Part shown: positions 45,901 to 55,347 of the stretch, one piece after another
How positions within the stretch are numbered: position 1 is the first letter of the stretch
How the letters are laid out: the number at the start of each line of letters is the position of its first letter
The notes under the pieces: generated by a model
What the model was told of the DNA's origin: nothing
The model's input: only the letters and a program-made list of their open reading frames with translations
The model's database searches: none
Source: Gammaproteobacteria bacterium
GTDB taxonomy: Bacteria; Pseudomonadota; Gammaproteobacteria; UBA4575
Length of the DNA stretch: 64,000 bases
NCBI GenBank assembly: GCA_965215055.1
Contig: OZ244046.1
Span: 548,233-612,232 of the forward strand
Direction of reading: 5' to 3'
Made by a program: the position numbers and the translations under genes

Positions 45901-46034
45901 AAGTCTTCGATTTCTTTTGCTTTCAGGCTCATGACCCGATACAGGCCAAAGTCCAGGTCACCGCGGTCGAGTTGGAACATCTCGCGCAACAGAGTCTTCA
46001 GCCGGTCAAATTTTTCTCCGGGTTGCGTTACCAT
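42969..46034 (-). CDS. mod: Type III R-M adenine methyltransferase Mod (beta class, long form)
   Basis: DLDFGLYR, FFSRYY..GDF, HWANADQYYIKT, IYIDPPYNTG (motif IV), TRD, DYFAGSGTTG (motif I), LESYEDTL; ATG 46034 preferred over TTG 46106. Confidence 0.93.
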   Translation of the reverse strand: MVTQPGEKFDRLKTLLREMFQLDRGDLDFGLYRVMSLKAKEIEDFLDNDLLPQVKTTLAGIASEERAALERELEGAKVAARNLGVDPETAPRVTELNQQLAEARADAEAETDVYNHLVNFFSRYYDGGDFMSLRRYSGGGQSTYLIPYDGEEVKLHWANADQYYIKTTENYSSYVFKVGDGRRVRFEVENADNERDNIKEASGKQRRFILARGENTIAVKGDDLIIRFEHRPLTDGEKNKYPGKRQQEQVNEAAREQILKVLQPDWVAPLATLAPTENSSDRTVLDKHLSAYTAKNSFDYFIHKDLGGFLHRELDLYLKNEVLSLDDLALGNTAQLRRALARMRAVRHVAEKIIIFLAQLENFQKQLWLKKKFVLETHWCVTLDRVPEMLYPEIIANTAQHKEWTRLFALDEIASDLGNGDTGYTGPLNVDFLKSNPFLVLDTRHFSQDFTDRLLAALSDAGSLDEQSNGLLVHGENFQALVLLQARYKEQVQCIYIDPPYNTGSDGFIYKDCYQHSSWISMFVNRTEIARKLQASSGVFFFSIDEIEAARAWLCMGETYGAENFASEVIWEKKKKPSFLHRNIGKLTDFILAFNRNAVASPSYSIETTTEGKLTPLNNAGNPLSILTFPAESVKFGCKDGVYRAQDMSKGAIVTRLLDDVVVHSGFNKDTFRIEGEWRYSQSKLDEILASGDEMYISKVPFRPNHIKQGKEIKKMKNILSPIHYEMETNEDASQQIINLFNNDIFENPKPEKLIRYLIKSVTHSWTDSYALDYFAGSGTTGHAVINLNREDEGHRKFLLVEMGKHFDTVLLPRMKKVVYSPSWKGGKPVSRKGSTQFFKYVRLESYEDTLDSLELTPPAGDLLADSKLAEDYQLRYALGVETASSPCLLGKNFVNPFAYTLSVVREGARSEVPVDLPETFNYLIGLRVKSRRRVEGVLAITGTDAEGRRCLILWRDLEKVDNTTLDAWFGRNRAQLPESLDLIYTNGDHTLNAVRPHDETWTAETIEPLFRELMFEERVQ

Positions 46035-46175
46035 CTCGTAGGGTTTCAGTTTATTTATGAAAGAAGCCACAGGCGATTTGGACTGGTCAATCAATCCGAT
46101 GGCCAAGCTTCATTTTTAACCAAGTTAGGCTAAAATCATAGCATAATTCATGAAGCCTTTGAGTCAGGCTCTTAA

Positions 46176-47075
46176 ATGAAACCAAACAAAATAGGTATGA
46201 TCGGCTTGGGAATTATGGGAAAGCCCATGGCCATGAACTTGCTACGGGCCGATTACAAGCTGGGTTTATACGCGCGCCGGAAAAGCTCCTTGCAGCCCTT
46301 CGAGTCGCATGACGTTGAGCAATACGAGACCCCCGCGGAATTGGCGCGGAACTGTGCGGTCACCATCACGATCGTTGCCGACAGTCCTGATGTAACGGAA
46401 GTAATTACCGGTACGGATGGCATAATTCACGGTGCTGCCGCAGGACACGTCGTGATCGACATGAGCACGATCTCCCCCGAGGTAACACGACAGCTTGCAC
46501 AACAGCTTGGTGAAAAAAATATCGGGATGCTTGACGCACCGGTATCCGGTGGAGAACAGGGCGCTATCGATGGCACTCTGTCGATCATGGTGGGCGGCAG
46601 TACCGAGGTGTTTGACCAAGCCTTGCCGATATTGCAGTGCTTGGGGAAAAACATTACTCACGTTGGTACTCACGGTGCCGGACAGGTGGCCAAGGCCTGT
46701 AACCAGATCCTGGTGGCGCAAACCATGTCGGCCGTTGCCGAGGCGTTTTTGCTGGCTGAATCTTCGGGCGTTGACCCGGGCAAGGTGCGCGAGGCTTTAC
46801 TGGGCGGTTTTGCCTACAGCAAGATACTGGAGGTTCACGGCAAACGCATGCTGGATAATGCGTATCAGCCTGGTTTCAAGGCCAAGTTGCATTACAAGGA
46901 TATGAAGATTGCGCTGAACAGCGCGAATGAAAACAAGGTCTCCATGCCCGGGGCCGAGTTGACCGCCAAGTATCTGCAAAAAATTGTTGCGCAAGGGGAT
47001 GGAGAGCTGGACTCGGCGGCAGTTGCCAAGGTGATTTTTGGTGAAGCGGTGGAGGATGTTGACCGGGACGGCTAG
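46176..47075 (+). CDS. 2-hydroxy-3-oxopropionate reductase / beta-hydroxyacid dehydrogenase family
   Basis: IGLGIMGKPMA, DMSTISP, DAPVSGG, GQVAKACNQI, PGFKAKLHYKD. Confidence 0.9.
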   Translation: MKPNKIGMIGLGIMGKPMAMNLLRADYKLGLYARRKSSLQPFESHDVEQYETPAELARNCAVTITIVADSPDVTEVITGTDGIIHGAAAGHVVIDMSTISPEVTRQLAQQLGEKNIGMLDAPVSGGEQGAIDGTLSIMVGGSTEVFDQALPILQCLGKNITHVGTHGAGQVAKACNQILVAQTMSAVAEAFLLAESSGVDPGKVREALLGGFAYSKILEVHGKRMLDNAYQPGFKAKLHYKDMKIALNSANENKVSMPGAELTAKYLQKIVAQGDGELDSAAVAKVIFGEAVEDVDRDG

Positions 47076-47572
47076 TCCTCGATCTTTTGCAGGCGGTACA
47101 GTATACGTCTTGCAGCGTCCCTCCGCATTTCATCAAGCAACTGTTGCTCTTCCTCCCTGGTGCCCAGCACGTTATCTTTGTCGAAGACAAGGTTCCGGGT
47201 CACGCTGATACTTTGCTTGCCAAGCAGGTAGCTGTTGTCAGGTTTTCTCACGTCGAAGGTAACACTCAAAGTCAGTCCATACTCCCGTACCTTGCCTTCA
47301 TTATCGAATGCGAGCACGGTCTTGGAGGTGTGCTCGCGTAACACGTTTACCAGGATTTTTGCCTGGTCTTTTTCAACCACGTTGATTTGACGCGATTCGA
47401 GGCTTTGCATGATGAGGTGAGACAATTCGGGACTTGATGAGGTGCTTTGCACCGAGACGGCGTCCAGGTCGTCCGGTAATTTTCCCGTTCCTGCCAAGTG
47501 AAACCCGCAGCCAGCCAACCCGCCGAGGAAAACCAGCATGCAGAGAATCCTGTTGATGCTCGTGTTGATCAT
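47072..47572 (-). CDS. lptE: LPS assembly lipoprotein LptE
   Basis: Lipobox LAGCGFHL, REY, EEQQLLDEMRRDAA; directly after leuS. Confidence 0.92.
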   Translation of the reverse strand: MINTSINRILCMLVFLGGLAGCGFHLAGTGKLPDDLDAVSVQSTSSSPELSHLIMQSLESRQINVVEKDQAKILVNVLREHTSKTVLAFDNEGKVREYGLTLSVTFDVRKPDNSYLLGKQSISVTRNLVFDKDNVLGTREEEQQLLDEMRRDAARRILYRLQKIED

Positions 47573-47579
47573 GAGCGGT

Positions 47580-50039
47580 TCAGGATACCACTATATTGAC
47601 CAGGCGTTGCGGTACGACGATTATTTTCACGATTTTTTTGTTTTCAATAAAGCGTTGTACGTTTTCATTACTCAAGGCAGCTTTTTCCACGTCTTCATTC
47701 CCGGCGCCTGAGGGGACATTGACGGTGGCACGTTTTTTGCCGTTTACCTGCACAACAAGACCGACAGTATCTCTTTTCAGTGCGTTAACATCTACTTCGG
47801 GCCAGGCTGCCTCGTGAACGGGTACGTCGTGCCCCAGCCGTTGCCACAGAGCATGGCATACGTGCGGCAAGACGGGCGCAAGCATCAACAGGACGGATTG
47901 CAGTGCTTCCTGGTATACGGCGCGTCCCCGGGATGATTCATCCTTGAAGCTGGTCATTGCATTTACCAGTTCCATATTTGCAGCGATCGCGGTGTTGAAC
48001 GTGTAGCGCCTGCCAATGTCATCGGTTACTTTTTTTATCGTGGCGTGGGTCTTGTGCCTCAGTCGGCCTTGTTCTTCATTCAGATCGTTCGCCTTCAAAG
48101 CATCTTTGGACACGCCGCCAGTCTCCACGTGGTTTTCAACCAGGTTCCACAGCCTGTTGATAAACCGGTGTGCCCCCTCTACCGCGGCGTCCGACCATTC
48201 CAGGGTATGATCAGGCGGTGCCGCGAACATGGCAAACAGGCGCACGGTATCCGCGCCGTACTTGTCTATCAGTTTCTCGGGGTCTACCGTGTTGCCTTTC
48301 GATTTAGACATCTTGGCACCATCTTTCAATACCATGCCCTGGGTCAAGAGGTTCACAAAAGGCTCATCAAAGCTGTACAAGCCTTCATCACGCATGAGCT
48401 TGTTGAAGAAGCGCGCGTATAGAAGATGTAATACGGCGTGCTCGATACCACCGATATACTGGTCAACCGGCATCCAGTAACGCACCCGCTCGTCCAGCAT
48501 GGAGACGTTATTGTCCACACAGCAGTAACGGGCAAAGTACCAGCTTGATTCAAAAAACGTGTCGAAGGTGTCGGTCTCCCTCGTTGCAGGACCGTTGCAC
48601 TTGGGACATGCAACCTGCGTAAACTCCGACAGGGATTTGAGCGGAGATGCCTTGTCATCAAAATGAATTTCTTCCGGCAGGCACACGGGCAGGTCTTCTT
48701 CGGGCACCGGTACCGCCCCGCACTTGTCACAGTTGATGACGGGAATAGGACAGCCCCAGTAACGCTGGCGGGATATGCCCCAGTCGCGCAACCGGTAATT
48801 GACGCGGCGTTCTCCCTTGCCTTTTTCCTCCAGTTCGGTCGCGATTGCATCAAAGGCCTGTTGCGAACTCAAGCCATCAAATTGCCGGGAATGCAGCAGC
48901 CAGCCTTCATCGACAAACGCGCCCCGTGAAATATCTACGGAGGCGTCGTCCTTGTGCGGATAAACGACCGGCTTGACAGGCAACCCGTATTGCGTCGCAA
49001 ATTCCCAGTCACGCTGATCGTGCGCAGGAACGGCCATCACCGCACCCGAACCGTATTCAATCAAAACGAAGTTGGCGATCCAGATGGGAATTTTCTCATC
49101 GGTGAGAGGATGCCGTGCATAAAGACCCGTATCGACACCATGTTTTTGCAAGGTGTTTATTTCTACTTCGGAGACCCTGGTCTGTTTGCACGTTTGCAGA
49201 AATTCCGCGATTGCCGGTGAGGACTGCGCGGCCTGGACAGCCAGCGCGTGCTCGGGGGCAACGGCGAGATAGGTTACTCCCATCAGGGTGTCGGGCCTGG
49301 TCGTGAATACGCTTAAAGGTTCCTGGTCTTCAACTTCAAAAATGACTTCCACGCCTTGTGAACGCCCGATCCAGTTGACTTGCATGGTCTTGACTTGTTC
49401 CGGCCAGCTATGCAGCCGTTCGATATCTTCCAGCAGTTCATCCGCATAGTCCGTTATCTTCAAAAACCACTGCGGAATTTCCTTGCGTTCGACGACGGCA
49501 CCCGACCTCCAGCCACGTCCGTCAATAACCTGTTCATTGGCAAGTACCGTTTGATCTACGGGGTCCCAGTTCACCACTGCCTTTTTTTTGTATACCAGGC
49601 CCTTGGCGTACAGCCTGGTAAAAAACCACTGTTCCCAGCGGTAGTATTCCGGATGGCAGGTCGCCAGTTCACGGTTCCAGTCGTAGGCAAAACCCAGTCG
49701 CTTGAGTTGCACGCGCATGTGATCGATATTTGCATAGGTCCACCTGGCAGGCGGAACCTTGTTCTCGATAGCGGCGTTTTCAGCAGGCAGGCCGAATGCA
49801 TCCCACCCCATGGGCTGCAAGACGTTTTTGCCCTGCATACGCTGGTAGCGGCTGATGACGTCGCCAATGGTGTAGTTGCGCACGTGCCCCATGTGCAGAC
49901 GCCCACTCGGGTATGGAAACATGGACAGGCAATAAAATTTTTCCAGGCGCTCATCTTCGGTTGCCTTGAATACCTGCTGCTCTTCCCACCAGGCTTGCAC
50001 GGCAGGTTCGAGTTCCCGGGGATTGTAGGAATTTCGCAT
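47580..50039 (-). CDS. leuS: Leucine--tRNA ligase
   Basis: [18 protein letters not shown] editing domain, [13 protein letters not shown]. Confidence 0.98.
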   Translation of the reverse strand: MRNSYNPRELEPAVQAWWEEQQVFKATEDERLEKFYCLSMFPYPSGRLHMGHVRNYTIGDVISRYQRMQGKNVLQPMGWDAFGLPAENAAIENKVPPARWTYANIDHMRVQLKRLGFAYDWNRELATCHPEYYRWEQWFFTRLYAKGLVYKKKAVVNWDPVDQTVLANEQVIDGRGWRSGAVVERKEIPQWFLKITDYADELLEDIERLHSWPEQVKTMQVNWIGRSQGVEVIFEVEDQEPLSVFTTRPDTLMGVTYLAVAPEHALAVQAAQSSPAIAEFLQTCKQTRVSEVEINTLQKHGVDTGLYARHPLTDEKIPIWIANFVLIEYGSGAVMAVPAHDQRDWEFATQYGLPVKPVVYPHKDDASVDISRGAFVDEGWLLHSRQFDGLSSQQAFDAIATELEEKGKGERRVNYRLRDWGISRQRYWGCPIPVINCDKCGAVPVPEEDLPVCLPEEIHFDDKASPLKSLSEFTQVACPKCNGPATRETDTFDTFFESSWYFARYCCVDNNVSMLDERVRYWMPVDQYIGGIEHAVLHLLYARFFNKLMRDEGLYSFDEPFVNLLTQGMVLKDGAKMSKSKGNTVDPEKLIDKYGADTVRLFAMFAAPPDHTLEWSDAAVEGAHRFINRLWNLVENHVETGGVSKDALKANDLNEEQGRLRHKTHATIKKVTDDIGRRYTFNTAIAANMELVNAMTSFKDESSRGRAVYQEALQSVLLMLAPVLPHVCHALWQRLGHDVPVHEAAWPEVDVNALKRDTVGLVVQVNGKKRATVNVPSGAGNEDVEKAALSNENVQRFIENKKIVKIIVVPQRLVNIVVS

Positions 50040-50051
50040 GTTCAATGGCCG

Positions 50052-51482
50052 TCAGCGGCCGTAGACGTCGTCAAAGCGCGTAATATCGTCCTCTCCCAGG
50101 TACTCGCCTGACTGTACTTCGACAAGTTCGAGTGGAGCTGAACCCGGATTTTCCAGGCGATGCCTGGTACCGGCAGGGATGTAGGTTGATTCATTTGTAT
50201 TTAACAAGAACTCGTCTTCTCCGCGAGTGACTTTGGCAGTACCGTTGACAACGATCCAGTGCTCCGCACGATGGCGATGTGCCTGCAGGGAAAGTTTTTG
50301 TCCCGGGTATACGATGATGCGCTTTACTTGAAACCTGTCTCCCTTGTCAACCGTTTCATAAGTTCCCCATGGCCTGTATACCCTGGGATGCAGGTCAACT
50401 TCACTCCGTCCACTTTTTTTCAGCTTCTCAACAATACTCTTGACTTCCTGGGCGCGATCACGCGGCATGACCAGTACTGCATCCGAGGTTTCGACAATAA
50501 CCTGGTCTTTTATCCCTACGGCAGCAATCAAACGATTGTTGGCGTGGAGGTAGCATCCGCTGCAATCTTCTTCTATAACGTCACCACGAACTGCATTGTC
50601 CTTACCGTCTTTTGCGAATGATTGCCATAATGTGCGCCAGGACCCCACGTCACTCCAGGCACTTTCAAGAGGCACAACCGCGGCTTTTGCGGTCTTTTCC
50701 ATGACTGCATAGTCAATGGAAATTTCCGTGGCGTTTGAAAATTCCTGTGCATCCAGGCGAATAAAATCCAGGTCACGCCTGCTTTTTTCGTACGCCCGGC
50801 TGCACGTCTCAAACATGCCGGGCTGCAGCTTTTTGATTTCGTCCAGGTAGACGTCGGCAGGAAACAGAAACATGCCGCTGTTCCAGAGATAATCGCCGCT
50901 GGCCAGGTATTCTTTCGCTACATTGTAACCGGGTTTTTCGACAAATTCGCTTACACGATAAACAGGCCTTTCGTTTACTTTCACCGGGTTCGTTCGGTCC
51001 AGCCTGATGTAGCCAAAGCCCGTCTCCGCGCGTACAGGTACTACACCGAAGGTCACGAGCATGTCGCGCGCGGCTTGGCGTGCCGCAGTTACCGCAGACT
51101 GGAATTCATCCAGGTCGGCAACGGTATGGTCGGCGGGTAATACCAGCAACTGGGCACCGGGGTTTCGATGCAGGACGTGGATTGCCGCGACGGTGATTGC
51201 AGGCGCGGTATTGCGCCCGACAGGCTCCAGTATGATGTCCGCTTCTTTCACGTTTGCCTGGCGCAGTTGTTCCGCAACCATGAAGCGGTGCTCGTCATTA
51301 CAAACGACCAGCATTCCGTGCGTATCGCCCAGGTCCGTGGTTCGCTTCAGGGTCGATTGAAACAGGCTTTCGTCCCCACCCAGGGGAATAAATTGTTTCG
51401 GGTAAAGTCTCCTGGAAAGCGGCCATAACCGCGTACCGGAACCACCTGACAATATTACGGGTACGATCGGGCAAGTTGACAT
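50052..51482 (-). CDS. manC: Mannose-1-phosphate guanylyltransferase/mannose-6-phosphate isomerase
   Basis: ILSGGSGTRLWPLSR..YPKQF, EPVGRNTAPA, FVEKP, WSDVGSW, cupin RPWG...SLQAHRHRAEHW. Confidence 0.95.
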   Translation of the reverse strand: MSTCPIVPVILSGGSGTRLWPLSRRLYPKQFIPLGGDESLFQSTLKRTTDLGDTHGMLVVCNDEHRFMVAEQLRQANVKEADIILEPVGRNTAPAITVAAIHVLHRNPGAQLLVLPADHTVADLDEFQSAVTAARQAARDMLVTFGVVPVRAETGFGYIRLDRTNPVKVNERPVYRVSEFVEKPGYNVAKEYLASGDYLWNSGMFLFPADVYLDEIKKLQPGMFETCSRAYEKSRRDLDFIRLDAQEFSNATEISIDYAVMEKTAKAAVVPLESAWSDVGSWRTLWQSFAKDGKDNAVRGDVIEEDCSGCYLHANNRLIAAVGIKDQVIVETSDAVLVMPRDRAQEVKSIVEKLKKSGRSEVDLHPRVYRPWGTYETVDKGDRFQVKRIIVYPGQKLSLQAHRHRAEHWIVVNGTAKVTRGEDEFLLNTNESTYIPAGTRHRLENPGSAPLELVEVQSGEYLGEDDITRFDDVYGR

Positions 51483-51495
51483 GATTAAAGCCGTA

Positions 51496-53037
51496 CTAGT
51501 AAATAATTGATCTGTTACGCTCGGCAAGCCGCCATTGACGTACACAAATTGCAAGAAGGATACCAAGCAGGACGGTGATGATGCCCCAATTTCCCCAACG
51601 TGAAAATGGCGTCAATCCCGAATAGGGTTGAATATCTGCCCTGACAACGTCTTCCTGAAATTGTACTGACCGGTCCACTATTGAGCCGTTCGGGGTAATG
51701 ACGGCCGAGATGCCTGTATTGGTTGCACGTAACAAGTATCTGCCTGTTTCTACTGCCCTTGAGCGCGTAATTTCCAGGTGTTGATGAGGCGCAAGCGAAT
51801 CGCCAAACCACCCGTCATTGCTTACGTTGACCAGAAATTTCGCTTCGGGCAGGGCCTGGATAATTTCGTTGCCGTAAACTGCTTCGTAGCATATCGATAC
51901 ACCCACGGGATAACCCTTGAGGCTAACCAGGGGGCGCCCTTCCCCACTGGACAAGTCGGCCATAGGTACCTGGATGTAACGCTCCCAAAAGGAGGGCATT
52001 ATACTACGCAGGGGAATATATTCTCCAAAAGGAACCAAGTGCCGTTTTTGATAGAAACCAGTCTCTTCGCCCAGTACTGCTACACTGTTGTAAACGTTTC
52101 CACTGGCCGGATCATGGGTAAACACGCCCGTCAGAAAATCTGTGCCTTCAGCAGCGGCGACCTGCTCGACTTCCTTGATGAATGAATCCTCCACTACGTG
52201 GTAGTAGGTCGGGATCGCGGTTTCCGGCCATACCAGGACGTCTGCATCAAGATGGCTCTCGCTTAGTTGCAAGTATCTTCCCATTATGTAGGAACGCTTT
52301 GCCTGCTCCCACTTCATTTCCTGGGGAATACTCCCCTGTATCAACGCAACGCCGATTTCTTCGTCTTCGGCTTCAGTCCATACAACCTGGTTGGCCACGG
52401 TCAATGATAAAAAGACAAGTGCCAGGGAAATACCGGCAGTTATTTTTTGAGTACGTTTTCCAAGAACCGCTACGACAAAAAAGCAACTTGTCAAAAGTAC
52501 CAGCCACGTAGCACCGTAGGTGCCAAAAATGGGGATTACGCCGTGTAGCGGGCTGGAATGATGGGCATGCCCCAACAGCAGCCAGGGAAAGCCGGTAAAG
52601 AGCCAGCTTCGCAGCCATTCAAACAGTGTCCACAAGGTGGCAAACGCCAACGCGCTGACAAAATCAAGGCATGAATTGCAGCGTGTTGCGGCAAAAAGGT
52701 ATGCCACGCAGGCCGGGAACAGTGCCAGTACGACTACCAGCAGCCCCGCGAGAAAAGCGCTCAGTATGACGGGCGCATGGCCAAATTCATGGATACTGTT
52801 AAACGTCCACGATGCCCCAAAGCCAAAAAAGAACAGGCCAAAAATTAAACCGAGTAAAAAGGCATGGCGCGGCGTACTTCTGACCAGGCTTGCATACAGT
52901 AGTGCCGGGCAAATAAAGGTGATCAGCCAATACGAAAACGGCGCAAATCCGCAAACCAGGAAGGCTCCACCTGCGGCCATGAGTATGATTTTTGCAATGC
53001 CGGACAGCATGAGTAAAAAAGCCTGCGTGAAGCTCAA
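51496..53037 (-). CDS. lnt: Apolipoprotein N-acyltransferase
   Basis: TGFPW, WPETA, KRHLVPFGEY, ICYE, SNDGWF, RATNTG; start uncertain. Confidence 0.95.
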   Translation of the reverse strand: MSFTQAFLLMLSGIAKIILMAAGGAFLVCGFAPFSYWLITFICPALLYASLVRSTPRHAFLLGLIFGLFFFGFGASWTFNSIHEFGHAPVILSAFLAGLLVVVLALFPACVAYLFAATRCNSCLDFVSALAFATLWTLFEWLRSWLFTGFPWLLLGHAHHSSPLHGVIPIFGTYGATWLVLLTSCFFVVAVLGKRTQKITAGISLALVFLSLTVANQVVWTEAEDEEIGVALIQGSIPQEMKWEQAKRSYIMGRYLQLSESHLDADVLVWPETAIPTYYHVVEDSFIKEVEQVAAAEGTDFLTGVFTHDPASGNVYNSVAVLGEETGFYQKRHLVPFGEYIPLRSIMPSFWERYIQVPMADLSSGEGRPLVSLKGYPVGVSICYEAVYGNEIIQALPEAKFLVNVSNDGWFGDSLAPHQHLEITRSRAVETGRYLLRATNTGISAVITPNGSIVDRSVQFQEDVVRADIQPYSGLTPFSRWGNWGIITVLLGILLAICVRQWRLAERNRSIIY

Positions 53038-53060
53038 CAGGTAAACGTAGCGATATGGCC

Positions 53061-53900
53061 TTACGTATGGTGAGAGACGCTCAGTAAATGCAGCCTCCTG
53101 CGATCAGCACGAAGTACTTCCACTCTTAAATCGTCGAATTCGATTCTCTCGCCTTTCTTGGGTAGGTGGCCAAACTTGCCCAGTACCAAGCCTCCAAATG
53201 TTTCAAATTCGGTATCACTGTACCGGGTTGAAAAAAACTCGTTAAATTCTTCTATCGGGGTAAGTGCCTTGACGCCGTAATCACCTGACACATACGAAAA
53301 TATATTGTGATCTTCTTCCACGTCATGTTCGTCCGCAATGTCGCCGACGATCTGCTCCAGCACGTCTTCAATGGTAACCAGGCCGGATATGCTGCTGTAT
53401 TCGTCAACTACAATTGCCATGTGGTTACGCCCGTCTTTGAATTCGCTCAGCAAGGTGTTGACTTTCTTGGATTCCGGCACAATTTCCGCCTTGCGCAATA
53501 TGTCCTCTACACTGAATTGCCCCTGCTTGCCTTCCAGGAAATAGCGCAACAGGTCCTTGGCAAGCAGAATACCGAGCACTTCGTCCCTGTTGTCTCCAAT
53601 GACTGGAAATCTCGAGTGCGCGGAATCTATGATAATGGGGAGCATGTCTTCCAGGGAGGTATCTTTATGTACGACCACCATTTGTGAGCGGGGAATCATG
53701 ATGTTTTTTACCTGTATCTCTGATACCCGAAACGTCCCTTCTATCATGTCAAGCGTATCTTTGCTCAACAGGTTTTTCTCTTCCGAGCGACGCAGGAAGT
53801 GAAGAATATCTTCACGGCTCTTGGCAACGTTATGCAAAAGCTCCTTGAAAAAGGTAAGCAGATTTATACGTCGGGGTTTTTTACTGTCGGAAACCATCAC
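53061..53900 (-). CDS. corC: CBS/CorC-HlyC Mg/Co transport protein
   Basis: MIPRSQM, HSRFPV, LAKDLL, VDEY, TIEDVLEQIVGDI. Confidence 0.92.
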   Translation of the reverse strand: MMVSDSKKPRRINLLTFFKELLHNVAKSREDILHFLRRSEEKNLLSKDTLDMIEGTFRVSEIQVKNIMIPRSQMVVVHKDTSLEDMLPIIIDSAHSRFPVIGDNRDEVLGILLAKDLLRYFLEGKQGQFSVEDILRKAEIVPESKKVNTLLSEFKDGRNHMAIVVDEYSSISGLVTIEDVLEQIVGDIADEHDVEEDHNIFSYVSGDYGVKALTPIEEFNEFFSTRYSDTEFETFGGLVLGKFGHLPKKGERIEFDDLRVEVLRADRRRLHLLSVSHHT

Positions 53901-53903
53901 GTT

Positions 53904-54353
53904 TCAGGATCGATAGGGATTGTCCATGCCCAACTTTTTCAAGGTCTCTATTTCCAACGCTTCCATGCGTTCAGCTTGGCTGTCATTGTCATGTGTATGG
54001 CCTTGCAAGTGCAAGATGCCGTGCACGCACAAGTGCGCCCAATGTGAAAAAAGGTCTTTCCCCTGGGCCTGGGCCTCTCGCAAGACTACCGGTGCACAAA
54101 CGACGACGTCACCAAGAAAGTTCACGCCAAGCTCTTTGGGAACGTCAGCAGGAAACGATAAGACATTGGTCGCCTTGTCAACGTTGCGAAAGCGTTTGTT
54201 GAGTTTTCTGACTTCATCTTCATCGGCTATACGCAGACATACGTGTGTCTCGGTATCAGGGGATGGAATTTTCGCTGCCCAGGTCTTGAAATCTGATAAT
54301 GCAGGAATATCGGGGCCCTGCACGGCAATTTGAACGTCTAGTTGAATGGTCAT
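53904..54353 (-). CDS. ybeY: rRNA maturation endoribonuclease YbeY
   Basis: TNVLSFP, LGDVV, HLCVHGILHLQGHTH. Confidence 0.95.
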   Translation of the reverse strand: MTIQLDVQIAVQGPDIPALSDFKTWAAKIPSPDTETHVCLRIADEDEVRKLNKRFRNVDKATNVLSFPADVPKELGVNFLGDVVVCAPVVLREAQAQGKDLFSHWAHLCVHGILHLQGHTHDNDSQAERMEALEIETLKKLGMDNPYRS

Positions 54354-54367
54354 GCCGCAGAGATAGT

Positions 54368-55345
54368 CTAGTCCCCCGAATCATTGTCATAGGCTTGTAT
54401 GATTTTCTTGATCAGGGGGTGACGCACTACGTCCCTGACGTCAAACAGGCAGAATGAAATACCAGTGGCGTTTTTCAATATGCGCGCAATGTGCTTGAGG
54501 CCGGATTCCCTGTCGCTCGGCAGGTCTATCTGCGTGACGTCTCCCGTTACAATCGCCTTGGAACCGAAGCCGATACGGGTAAGAAACATTTTCATCTGTT
54601 CGATGGTAGTATTCTGCGCTTCATCCAGAATAATAAACGCATCGTTCAGGGTTCTTCCGCGCATATAGGCCAGGGGGGCAATTTCAATTACATTTCTTTC
54701 AATAAACTTGTTGACCCTATCAAATCCCATCACTTCATAAAGCGCGTCGTACATGGGTTTCAGGTACGGGTCTATCTTCTGTACCAGGTCGCCCGGTAAA
54801 AAACCCAGCCTTTCACCTGCTTCAACTGCCGGCCTGACCAAGACGAGTTTACGGACGTGATCTCTCTCAAGGGCTGCCACTGCACAAGCCACCGCCAGGT
54901 AGGTTTTTCCCGTTCCCGCCGGACCGATACCAAATACCAGGTCATTTTCTTCAATGGCATTGACGTATGTTTCCTGGTTGGCTCCACGCGGCCTGATGAT
55001 GCTTCGGCTGGTGTGTAACGCAGGGCGTGAAGCCTTGAGTTCCTGGTTGACCATCTTGGCAAGCCCGGATTCCTGCAGATGCAGGTGTACGGATGAAGAT
55101 GACAGGGTCTGGTTTTCAGTCGAGGCGTATAGTTCCTGGAGCACTTTGGCCGCGGCGTTCGCCGCCTGTACGTCTCCGCTTATCGAGAATGCGTTGCCTC
55201 GATTGTTAATTTCTACGCTCAGCCTTTCTTCGAGCTGGCGCAAATGTTCGTTGAGAGGGCCGCAAAGATTGGCAAGACGCGGATTATCGACGGGCTCTAA
55301 AAAAACGTCTATCGAATGAAGTTCGGTGATCAAACGTTCATTCAC
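54368..55345 (-). CDS. ybeZ: PhoH-family ATPase
   Basis: GPAGTGKT, RPAVEAGERLGFLPG, MRGRTL, DEAQN, DVVRHP; start about GTG 55345. Confidence 0.93.
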   Translation of the reverse strand: MNERLITELHSIDVFLEPVDNPRLANLCGPLNEHLRQLEERLSVEINNRGNAFSISGDVQAANAAAKVLQELYASTENQTLSSSSVHLHLQESGLAKMVNQELKASRPALHTSRSIIRPRGANQETYVNAIEENDLVFGIGPAGTGKTYLAVACAVAALERDHVRKLVLVRPAVEAGERLGFLPGDLVQKIDPYLKPMYDALYEVMGFDRVNKFIERNVIEIAPLAYMRGRTLNDAFIILDEAQNTTIEQMKMFLTRIGFGSKAIVTGDVTQIDLPSDRESGLKHIARILKNATGISFCLFDVRDVVRHPLIKKIIQAYDNDSGD

Positions 55346-55347
55346 CT

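Larger units (their letters stand above)
37803..46130. mobile_element. Putative integrative defence island (recombinase + type III R-M + AbiJ-like gene) between holA and lptE
   Basis: Interrupts the usually contiguous leuS-lptE-holA cluster; carries a recombinase and defence genes; boundaries not established. Confidence 0.65.

Noticed and set aside
49380-50111. 243-aa antisense ORF in leuS (likewise 29600-30346, 33053-33748, 41516-42130, 20598-21029, 56678-57232)
   Set aside because: Antisense shadows of well-conserved genes with no recognisable motifs
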